From an uncultured euryarchaeote (lineage in GTDB: Archaea > Thermoplasmatota > Poseidoniia > Poseidoniales > Poseidoniaceae): a stretch of DNA of 34,192 bases. This document shows, one piece after another, positions 8,492-17,124 of this stretch. The stretch lies in assembly GCA_937897005.1 (NCBI GenBank), contig CALCOQ010000139.1, positions 1 through 34,192 on the forward strand, read 5' to 3'. Each line of letters starts with the position of its first letter. The stretch's first letter is position 1. The translations under genes and the position numbers were made by a program. Below the pieces are notes generated by a model. It was not told the DNA's origin. It saw nothing but the letters and a program-made list of their open reading frames with translations, and searched no databases.

Positions 8492-9376
8492 TCAGACCTC
8501 TGAGCCAATGAATTGAATTCCTTCGGCATTGAAATCTGGATTTATCAATCCGATAGCCTGGCCTTGTTTCAAAAAGTGCTTGACTGAATCTCTTCCTTCC
8601 GGGCCATAATCTATTGTCCGTTGATTGACATACATACTGACGAATCTCTCATTTGTCGCATCATCTATTCCACGTCCCCATGATTTGGCGAAAGCCAATG
8701 CCTGCTCAGGGTTTGAAATTGCATACTCTATGCTTTGTCTGGTCCATCTCGTGATTTCACTCATTATTTCCTCACCAAGATCCCTTCTGACAATATTTCC
8801 ACCAAGAGGCATCGGCCATCCATTGTTCTCCTTTGCCCACCATACCCCAAGGTCCAGATGAACTTCAAGGCCATGTTCTCTATAGGTCAATTGACCTTCA
8901 TGGATAATCAATCCCGCATCTACCCGTCCTTCAAGTACCGCTTCGAAGATCTCATCGAATGCAATGACTTCTGTCTGGACATCTCCCCAAGCCAACCTAA
9001 GGCCTAGATACGCACTTGTTTTCAACCCCGGAATTGCAATCAGGCCACTCTTCACATCATTCAAAGTCTTGCCTTCGAGTGCAACCACCATCGGCCCATA
9101 TCCCTCCCCCATACTGGCTCCACAATTCATCAATGCATATTCTTGAGATACCTCGGGAAATGAATGGATGCTGATGGCACTGACCTCAAGTTCATTGTTC
9201 ATGGCACGGTGATTCAAGGTCTCGATATCCTGCAATTCGTGAATGAATGAATATCCCGGAGTATTGATCAGACCAGTGGTCAGAGCGTGGAACATGAATG
9301 CATCATCTGGATCGGGGGAATGCCCAATTCTAATGATTCTTCTACCGCCCTCATCCACAGGGAAAGATACCACCAT
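8492..9376 (-). CDS. mqnD: 1,4-dihydroxy-6-naphthoate synthase (futalosine menaquinone pathway)
   Basis: IGHSPDPDDAFMFHAL, DIETLN, GASMGEGYGP, AGLIIHEGQLTY, DLGVWW, PMPLGG, MYVN. Confidence 0.93.
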   Translation of the reverse strand: MVVSFPVDEGGRRIIRIGHSPDPDDAFMFHALTTGLINTPGYSFIHELQDIETLNHRAMNNELEVSAISIHSFPEVSQEYALMNCGASMGEGYGPMVVALEGKTLNDVKSGLIAIPGLKTSAYLGLRLAWGDVQTEVIAFDEIFEAVLEGRVDAGLIIHEGQLTYREHGLEVHLDLGVWWAKENNGWPMPLGGNIVRRDLGEEIMSEITRWTRQSIEYAISNPEQALAFAKSWGRGIDDATNERFVSMYVNQRTIDYGPEGRDSVKHFLKQGQAIGLINPDFNAEGIQFIGSEV

Positions 9377-9517
9377 GGGTCGGCGAATCAGGGTTTCTAC
9401 TTCAAGTTAGGCGATGAGTATTGAGAGAAACAATATTGTTGATTTTTCGGTGAATGTGATGCTATTTTGGGAAAGATTCTATTTCAGTCCACGTGCTGGG
9501 GTATCGAGGGAACTACA

Positions 9518-12010
9518 GTGGTAGCGACGAGAATGTCCACACTCATGCTGGTATCAACCAGTTTCTTACTACTCACAGGACTAGCCTGTGCAGTCACTCC
9601 GAGTGGCCTTGGTTATGTTGGAGTTCACACCGCTGGGCAGCAGCATTTTGATGAGACGCTATCGGTTGCCATCTCTCCTGATGAATCAATTCTAGCTACT
9701 GGGACTGAAGGATATGTTGTCATCACCAGTATGGAGACGCGCCAGGTTCTGAAAATCATAAATGCCGAGGATGATGCAACAGTTATCGAGTTCTCTCCTG
9801 ATGGAGACTATCTTGTGGTTGGTCTCAAATCAGATAGTCCTCAGACCCGCGCTCTTCAAATGTACTCAACGAGCGATTGGAGTGAGTATGGGGATGGATT
9901 CAACAATGGGAAGAACCCCCAAGACATCTCATTTTCAGCAGATGGCGCGAAAATATTGGTCCAAGGGCAGAATAAAGATGCATTTGAATTGAGTTTTCCA
10001 GATCTGGAAGTCATTGGACATCTTGAGAATCTACATACTGACATACTCCAGTGCAGTGATTATGGTTCCGGAGGTTCCATCGCCATCACTGGTGGGTTGG
10101 ATGGAATGGTTGCCCTCTGGAACATGTCAGAACACTCCTTGGTATCTTCCATGGAGATTGAGGATTCAGAGATTGTAGATTGTCTAATAAGTCCAGATTC
10201 TTTGAGTTATTCAGTTCTGATCAATAATGGATATCTGCGAACATTCTGGTTGAATGGGACCATGGTAGATGATTCTGAAAAATATTTCATCGAGGCCAAA
10301 CAGATCAAATGGAGTGATGATGGGGATCATATTTTTGTTCTCGAGTCCTATTTGCTGCCATCATTACAACGATTGAGAGCCACGGACTGGGTGATTGATG
10401 AGATAACTAACTTCGGGCATCAAGTCGGGGTATTTGATATCACGACTGATGCAAAGACCATAGTGACAAGTACCGGTACAATACACGTGGGCATCTACCA
10501 ATCGAATTTCAAGGCACAGGGTCATGGAGAAGATGGACCGGATTTCGATGGCGATGGAATACCGGATTCCTTGGATGAAGATGATGATGGCGATGGTATC
10601 AATGATATCTATGATGTGAGTTGTTCCACAGACATTGATTGTGCCAAGTCAGCAGATTCTGAATACATCAGAAGTATTGAATTCAAGATCGAGACGCAGA
10701 GTTTGATCATCAGTGATAGTGTCACATTCAACAGATACGATTCAAATGCTTTGAGAAATCTGACCACCTCCCTATTGTCGGATGACAATCGGATAGATGT
10801 CGATGAATTGACTTGGATGTCAATAGCCATGTGTGATAATATCATTGAAAGGGATGTTGTTGACCAATGGCAGACACTGATAGAGATAGAGGGAGCACAA
10901 TTGACAAATGGATCTCTTACGTGTGACCCGATAGAGGGTATTTCTTCGAATGATTTCGGCGATCTCAGCCTTCGTGCAACATTTACCTGGGTCACCAAAT
11001 TTGATTTATCCAGCACTCCTTTGGCCCCTTATAATTTCACTATCAAAGGAATCGCAGAAGCCTCCACTGGAAGCTCTGCCCTTATCGCTCCTCAATTTCC
11101 AGTCAGTTTGGTCTTCACCAATTCAATGGCCACTGATTCATCTATCGCCCTGTGGAATAACGGAGATGGGGCTCGTGTGATTTTCATGGATGAAGTTCCA
11201 GCCACAGGTCCGGGTGTTGATGATCTGGTAATAGCCTTCATAATGGCCAATTTATGGATTCCAATAGGCAGTATCTTGGGAATCTTAGGCGGTGTGGCCC
11301 TCATTGTCAAGCAGAACAAGACTATCTCTTTCGCTCTTCTGACGAGTTCAGGGGAAAGTTTGGACGAAGATGCAGATGATGCCGAAGAGGATGCTGATGA
11401 CTCATATGATGACTACGAAGAATATGATGAGTATGAAGACTCTATTGTTGAAGGAGAGGATGATGTATGGACTCAAGAATCAGAACTATCTCCACCAAAG
11501 CCATCTCGTGGACCACCCCGTAGTTCTACCCAAAGGGCTGCTAAAATTCCTTATCATTTAGATGCAGATGAGCCGGTCAAGGCAAGACGCCGCAGAGTCA
11601 GTGATAAACAACCTACAGGCTCCAAGCGTAAAACGCTCGTCGAATCAGCGGATGATGAGGAGGAATATGATTACGGCCTCGATGGCGTGTATCATGATGC
11701 GGCATGGGAGACTGAATATGACGAGTTTGAGCCTCCGAAGGTTCGAAAGGTCAAGAAGGCCGAGGAAGAAATGGAAGAACCCGCAGAAAAGAGCAAGGGA
11801 CGTAGAAAGGTGAAGCGACGAAATCCCAAGAAATCAAAGAAGAAGGCCACGCCTGACAAAGAAGTTGTGGCCAAGAAGGTCGTGGCCTCCAAGAAACGTA
11901 TCAGGAAGTCTCCAGAACCCACAAAGAGTGAGCCAGCAGAGCCGCCAGATGATGAGGACTCAGCCATGGACAAGGCGCTTGGAATGTTGACTGGTTCAAA
12001 GGATGATTGA
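9518..12010 (+). CDS. Secreted/membrane-anchored WD40 beta-propeller protein with Asp-rich Ca-binding (TSP3-like) motif and charged low-complexity cytoplasmic tail
   Basis: Signal-like N-terminus, WD40-like repeats (SVAISPDESILATG, IEFSPDGDYL, ISFSADGAKI, TGGLDGMVALWN), DFDGDGIPDSLDEDDDGDGINDIYD, TM IPIGSILGILGGVALIV, then acidic and Lys-rich tail. Start uncertain (GTG 9518 or ATG 9533). Confidence 0.8.
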   Translation: MVATRMSTLMLVSTSFLLLTGLACAVTPSGLGYVGVHTAGQQHFDETLSVAISPDESILATGTEGYVVITSMETRQVLKIINAEDDATVIEFSPDGDYLVVGLKSDSPQTRALQMYSTSDWSEYGDGFNNGKNPQDISFSADGAKILVQGQNKDAFELSFPDLEVIGHLENLHTDILQCSDYGSGGSIAITGGLDGMVALWNMSEHSLVSSMEIEDSEIVDCLISPDSLSYSVLINNGYLRTFWLNGTMVDDSEKYFIEAKQIKWSDDGDHIFVLESYLLPSLQRLRATDWVIDEITNFGHQVGVFDITTDAKTIVTSTGTIHVGIYQSNFKAQGHGEDGPDFDGDGIPDSLDEDDDGDGINDIYDVSCSTDIDCAKSADSEYIRSIEFKIETQSLIISDSVTFNRYDSNALRNLTTSLLSDDNRIDVDELTWMSIAMCDNIIERDVVDQWQTLIEIEGAQLTNGSLTCDPIEGISSNDFGDLSLRATFTWVTKFDLSSTPLAPYNFTIKGIAEASTGSSALIAPQFPVSLVFTNSMATDSSIALWNNGDGARVIFMDEVPATGPGVDDLVIAFIMANLWIPIGSILGILGGVALIVKQNKTISFALLTSSGESLDEDADDAEEDADDSYDDYEEYDEYEDSIVEGEDDVWTQESELSPPKPSRGPPRSSTQRAAKIPYHLDADEPVKARRRRVSDKQPTGSKRKTLVESADDEEEYDYGLDGVYHDAAWETEYDEFEPPKVRKVKKAEEEMEEPAEKSKGRRKVKRRNPKKSKKKATPDKEVVAKKVVASKKRIRKSPEPTKSEPAEPPDDEDSAMDKALGMLTGSKDD

Positions 12011-12817
12011 TCAGGCGATAAGGAATTCCAGACTCCCCTCAAGTTCTAGGACTTCGGATATGAACGTAGTGAGTCCCAGCTCGGCCTCTTTGTCTAGATG
12101 ATACAGAACTTCATCGAAGTATTTGTCTATTCTTTCACTGGTGAATGAACTACGGCGTGAGCTATCACTGATGATGCGCTTACGGATGTCCTCGTCTTTG
12201 AATCGTCGAAGTGCTTCCATGAGATCTTCGTGAGCCTTACTGATCATATGCATCGGCGCTTCGCGCGGAGCTGCAAATACAGCAAACACCATTGGAAGGC
12301 CGGTGACATCCTTCCATTCCATCCCTAGGTCCATTCGTACCAGACCGGGATTCTTCTGTGCTTCATCGAGAGCTCTATCACCGATCAACAGTGCACCATC
12401 ACAGCGGGCAAGCATGGAGTCAAGATCCGGACCCATTTCCACTGGACGAGGGTCATGTCCGCGCTTCTTCAAAAGATACATCAACAATCTTCGTGATGTT
12501 GCTGAGTCAGTAGGCAATGCAACATCACGCATGTCCTCTATCTCTCTGTTGCCGAACAACAGCACACTTCCGACTGCTCCATCTGAAATGATGCCCAATT
12601 CGGGGACCAGCACCAATTCCTCTCTGTTCAATGCCCAATCGGCTGCAGGAATGGGTGCAATGAGACAATCTTTCCTCAATAGATGCCCCGTCAACCAAGC
12701 AGGGGGTGCAGCGAGAACTCTCCATTCATCTGGTAGGTCATGATACAGGGGGTCGCAATTCAGGAATGCTACGCGCCCAATGGTTCTCTGCCAGGTGGGG
12801 ACATCAACACTCATCAT
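12011..12817 (-). CDS. mqnA: Chorismate dehydratase (futalosine pathway)
   Basis: IGRVAFLNCDPL, GAVGSVLLF, SATSRRLL, ALLIGDRAL, DLGMEWKDVTGLPMVFAVF. Start overlaps the mqnE stop. Confidence 0.92.
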   Translation of the reverse strand: MMSVDVPTWQRTIGRVAFLNCDPLYHDLPDEWRVLAAPPAWLTGHLLRKDCLIAPIPAADWALNREELVLVPELGIISDGAVGSVLLFGNREIEDMRDVALPTDSATSRRLLMYLLKKRGHDPRPVEMGPDLDSMLARCDGALLIGDRALDEAQKNPGLVRMDLGMEWKDVTGLPMVFAVFAAPREAPMHMISKAHEDLMEALRRFKDEDIRKRIISDSSRRSSFTSERIDKYFDEVLYHLDKEAELGLTTFISEVLELEGSLEFLIA

Positions 12818-14004
12818 CTCACCGTCGCTAATGTTCGTGGAATATTCGTTTGGGGAGATGCTACCCGTTCAAAACGAGAGTATGTTGTATCTCTCTTGAC
12901 AGCAGAACATCCTGATCTCTCTATCAATCTGCATAGGTCATCAATTCCATGTCGCAGTGATGCATTGGAACCAGCGAGATGCATGATGGACTCCTGAATC
13001 ACTGTACCATCAATATCATCGGCACCACATCTGATGGCTAACTCAGTCAAGGAGTCGCCAATATTCATTCGATATGCTTTGATATGGGGAATATTGTCCA
13101 ACATCAGTCTACTCACAGCAATCATTCTAAGGATTTCATTACCACTGGCCAGTTGAGCCTCGGGGAGACGAGAAGAGTCGGGCAGGAATGGATAGGGAAC
13201 AAAGCATTGGAATCCAGAGGTTTCATCCTGTAATTCGCGCAGTTTGATCAGATGGTTGATTCGGTCCTCTACATTTTCAACTGTGCCGAACAACATTGTA
13301 CAGTTACTGGGAATGTCCAGTTCATGTGCTGTCCTATGAATGTCTAGATATTCTTGGCTGCTTTCCTTACCTTTGCAGATGATTTCACGAACCGAGTCAG
13401 CAAGAATCTCTGCTCCACCTCCCGGAATGCTCCCCAATCCCGCCTCTTTCAATCGAGACAAGGTATCTCTGATAGATAGTGAGGAGAGGTTGGCAAGATG
13501 TCTTATCTCCACCGCTGTCAACGCCTTGATGCTGATATGTGGAAATCTTTCACGTGTCGCACTGAAGAGACTTCTGTAATGGTCCACATCCCATTCGGGA
13601 TGCAACCCTCCAACGGAGTGCACTTCATCAATGAACTCAGCATATGGGAGAATACTGGAAATATATCCTTCGACATCGAGTGCATATGCGTCTTCTGAAC
13701 GCAACCCTCTTCGGAAGGCGCAGAATCTGCAGGCCAGAACACAGATATTGGTCTGGTTCACATGGAGATTGACATTGAAATGTACATCACTCCCAAATCT
13801 TGCTTGCTTGCATGCCTCAGCCAGTTTCATGACCGCATGAATATCTGGATGTTGTAGGAGAGCAATGCCATCAGCAGCCGAGATTCTACCCCCAATGTTC
13901 AATCTGTTCCTGATGGCATCAAGTTCAACGTCGAGACCTTCACAACTTTCGAGCAGTTCTACCTGGGTAGCTCTCCAATCCTCGAATAATCCCGGTGTCC
14001 GCAC
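12814..14004 (-). CDS. mqnE: Aminodeoxyfutalosine synthase (radical SAM, CofH/MqnC/MqnE family)
   Basis: NVNLHVNQTNICVLACRFCAF (CxxxCxxC), VHSVGGLHP, IKALTAVEI, PGGGAEIL, AVSRLMLDNIPHIKAY (MqnE-type rather than MqnC-type). Adjacent to mqnA. GTG start with GGGAG upstream. Confidence 0.82.
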   Translation of the reverse strand: MRTPGLFEDWRATQVELLESCEGLDVELDAIRNRLNIGGRISAADGIALLQHPDIHAVMKLAEACKQARFGSDVHFNVNLHVNQTNICVLACRFCAFRRGLRSEDAYALDVEGYISSILPYAEFIDEVHSVGGLHPEWDVDHYRSLFSATRERFPHISIKALTAVEIRHLANLSSLSIRDTLSRLKEAGLGSIPGGGAEILADSVREIICKGKESSQEYLDIHRTAHELDIPSNCTMLFGTVENVEDRINHLIKLRELQDETSGFQCFVPYPFLPDSSRLPEAQLASGNEILRMIAVSRLMLDNIPHIKAYRMNIGDSLTELAIRCGADDIDGTVIQESIMHLAGSNASLRHGIDDLCRLIERSGCSAVKRDTTYSRFERVASPQTNIPRTLATVR

Positions 14005-14061
14005 GCTACTCCCATATGTTTCGTTCAGGCATTCAAGAATGAATGCTTTGATGACCAGTTC

Positions 14062-16989
14062 TCATCGCTTGAAGCTGATGGTTGAACGGCTGGCCTTCAA
14101 TACACCTTCTCTGAACATGATTTTCCTGAATTCTTCCATCCATAGGACTGATGAAGATATCAGAAACAGTACAACCCACGTTGTCCAGTTCAAATATTTC
14201 GTTGAGAGCAATTCGCCGATCTCAAGTCCTGCGAACGGGATGTCGAGGGTGGAATTCTGTACCGTGAAAAGTAATAGAGTTGAGCAGAGAACCAATGAGA
14301 TATTAATCGCCTTGTTGCTGAAAATCCCAAGTTTGAAAACACTATCAGTGACACTACGACAATTCATGACATTGAACAATTGGAATAGAATGAAAACCGC
14401 GAATGCAGCAGTACGAGCAATCTCAAAACGCTCTTCGGCCCACCCCTCCCATGCTTCTTGGTCGCAGCCTCCTTGCTTTGAAGCAGCCAATTTACCATCG
14501 TAGAAGATGTCGCCCCTGTCAAAGGTTCCCATGGTACATACTTCCTGCGTTATGACTGAACCATCAGCGATGTAGAAAACTGTCAGGGTACCGATCACCA
14601 TGACCGAAGCCATCCAGAAGATCAAGGCCATATCAATGATGTTCGGGAGTCCTTCATTGACTGGTTTGGGAGGTACGGACATGACACTGCCATGCTTCTT
14701 TTCAACACCCAATGCGACTGCAGGCGGTCCATCCATGAGGATGTTGATGACCAATATCTGGGTTGCTGTGAAGGGCAGATTCCAACCGAAGACAAATGTG
14801 GATAATATAATGATAGCAACCGCTGCAACATTGGTGGATATCTGGTAACGCACGAAGTTACGGATGTTCTGGTAGATCTTTCGTCCTTCCTCGACAGCAT
14901 GAACGATATTAGCGAAGTTATCATCCTGCAACACCATGTCAGCAGCATCCTTGGCAACATCAGTACCCGCCATGCCCATTGCAATTCCAATGTTGGCTTT
15001 AGAAAGGGCTGGAGCATCATTAACTCCATCTCCAGTCATGGCGACAACCTCGCCATTCTCTTGTAATGCACTGACGATTCTCATCTTCTGGTCTGGAGTG
15101 ACTCTGTGGTAGACATCGGTAGTATCTGCTTTAGGTCTCAATTCTTCATCACTCATTTCTGCTAGACTATAACCGCTCAAGGATATGGAATTGATATCAG
15201 CAATATCCAGATCACGGCCGATGGCAAGTGCGGTTATCTCCTGATCTCCAGTGATCATCTTGACTCTGATGCCAGCCTGCTTGCAGATCCGTATAGCCTC
15301 ATGAACCTCTGCTCTAGGAGGATCTCTGATAGCCACAAGACCGAAGAAGATGAGATCACTCTCCATCACTTCCATATCTGAAGTATCCTCATCTTCCATT
15401 ACGCGACGGCCACATAATGCAAGCACTCTCATTGCTTGCGCGGCCATTTCACTATTCACTTCCATGATTTGGTCGATGTCAGAAGTTCTGAATTCCCTCT
15501 CAACACCATTATTGATGATCCTTGAAGTAATATCTCGGTATCCGCCAGCAGCTCCTTTCGACAATACCCATGTCTCTCCATCGATCTCATTGATAGTGGT
15601 CATTCGTTTACGATCTGGATCAAAGAAGAACTCGAATGAACGTGGAAACAGCTCATCCAGGTGTTCAAGTTCCCCATGGACCTTCCATCCAAAAACAGCA
15701 CAGGCAGAGTCTGTTGGGTCACCTATTGCTTCCCATTGGCCGTCGAACCTGTGAATCGTACTGTTGTGACACAAGGCCGCGCATAGAGAGCCCATGCGAA
15801 ATGAAAATCCGTCCAACCTTGCATCAACCTGCTCCTTTGAAAGAACGGAATCATCAGAAATCACCCCCCCTGTTGTCGGATTGAAACCTTCACCTGATAC
15901 AAGGTGGTCATCATCCAGAGTCCAGAATCTTCGGACAGTCATTTGATTCTTGGTCAGAGTTCCAGTCTTGTCAGTACAGATGATGGTTGTGGCGCCAAGG
16001 GTTTCAACCGCTTTCATTCGTCGCACTATCGCCTTGTGTTTTGCCATGTTACGCATTCCCAAAGCAAGTGTGATGACCAGAATTATCGGTAATCCCTCAG
16101 GAACAATGGCGACAAAAATTGCGATTGCCACGATGAATTGCTCAATGGCTGCATCAAGCAGATCTGCTCCTTCAAGATAAGCCATTGCCATTTTCAGTGA
16201 GACCAGCAAGACAGCTACGAAGAGAGCAATGAACCCTAGAAAACGTCCTAGAGATTCCAGTTTGGATTCAAGAGGCGTCTTTGGAGTAACAGCATCTGCA
16301 ATACCACTTGCTATGTGTCCCAATTCAGTCTGCATCCCAGTATGTACCACTACACCAATAGCGCGTCCCCTTGCCGCAACCGTACCCATGAATGCCATGT
16401 TGGATTGTTCTGCAAGGATCCTCCTTCCATGGATTGCATGTGCAGATTTCGAAACAGCATCAGATTCACCAGTCAGTGCAGATTCATTGATCTTGAATTG
16501 GTATATCTCAGTCAACCTGATATCCGCGGGGATGTTATGCCCTTCCTCCATCTTGACAATATCTCCAGGTACCAGATCAAATGTTGGAATCTCCAATTCT
16601 CTACCTTCTCTTTCGACGATACAATTGCTTACAGCCATCTGCTTGAGTGCATCCATCGCTTGTTCAGCCTGCTCCTCTTGCCAATATCCAAAAACAGCAT
16701 TGATGGTCAAAACAAGGAAAATGAATATCGCATCTCCAGGCTGCTGAAAATTATGGATGACTAAAGAAATGACTGCTGCTCCCATCAATAGATAGATCAA
16801 AGGGTCATTGAACTGAGATATCAGTCTTCGCCACCAAGGACTCTTCTCAGGCTCCTCGAGTTGATTGGGCCCATATTCCTTCAATCTCTGAGATGCCTCT
16901 TCATCCGTGAGACCTTCAGTACAAGTTGATAAATTGTCAAACACAACTTCCGGTTCCAATGTGAACCATTTGGTATTCTTCTCCCCCAT
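14062..16989 (-). CDS. P2A-type cation-transporting ATPase (probable Ca2+/Mn2+)
   Basis: TGES, PEGLP, DKTGTLT, KGAA, DPPR, TGD, GDGVNDAPAL and about 10 TM helices. GGTGGTGA RBS. Confidence 0.95.
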   Translation of the reverse strand: MGEKNTKWFTLEPEVVFDNLSTCTEGLTDEEASQRLKEYGPNQLEEPEKSPWWRRLISQFNDPLIYLLMGAAVISLVIHNFQQPGDAIFIFLVLTINAVFGYWQEEQAEQAMDALKQMAVSNCIVEREGRELEIPTFDLVPGDIVKMEEGHNIPADIRLTEIYQFKINESALTGESDAVSKSAHAIHGRRILAEQSNMAFMGTVAARGRAIGVVVHTGMQTELGHIASGIADAVTPKTPLESKLESLGRFLGFIALFVAVLLVSLKMAMAYLEGADLLDAAIEQFIVAIAIFVAIVPEGLPIILVITLALGMRNMAKHKAIVRRMKAVETLGATTIICTDKTGTLTKNQMTVRRFWTLDDDHLVSGEGFNPTTGGVISDDSVLSKEQVDARLDGFSFRMGSLCAALCHNSTIHRFDGQWEAIGDPTDSACAVFGWKVHGELEHLDELFPRSFEFFFDPDRKRMTTINEIDGETWVLSKGAAGGYRDITSRIINNGVEREFRTSDIDQIMEVNSEMAAQAMRVLALCGRRVMEDEDTSDMEVMESDLIFFGLVAIRDPPRAEVHEAIRICKQAGIRVKMITGDQEITALAIGRDLDIADINSISLSGYSLAEMSDEELRPKADTTDVYHRVTPDQKMRIVSALQENGEVVAMTGDGVNDAPALSKANIGIAMGMAGTDVAKDAADMVLQDDNFANIVHAVEEGRKIYQNIRNFVRYQISTNVAAVAIIILSTFVFGWNLPFTATQILVINILMDGPPAVALGVEKKHGSVMSVPPKPVNEGLPNIIDMALIFWMASVMVIGTLTVFYIADGSVITQEVCTMGTFDRGDIFYDGKLAASKQGGCDQEAWEGWAEERFEIARTAAFAVFILFQLFNVMNCRSVTDSVFKLGIFSNKAINISLVLCSTLLLFTVQNSTLDIPFAGLEIGELLSTKYLNWTTWVVLFLISSSVLWMEEFRKIMFREGVLKASRSTISFKR

Positions 16990-17124
16990 GGTTCACCACC
17001 TGAACAAGGCTCCGTATCAACGGAATGTGATAAGCATGACTCTACCGGTGGATGGCATGCTTGAATTAGATATTTTGATGGTAATTGCGAATCATTGAGA
17101 AGTAATGCCTCTTCGCCGTAATGC

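Noticed and set aside
12814-14004. CofH (F420 synthesis) or MqnC
   Set aside because: KALTAVEI and LDNIPHIKAY fit MqnE better, and the gene is coupled to mqnA. Not fully excluded without a tree.
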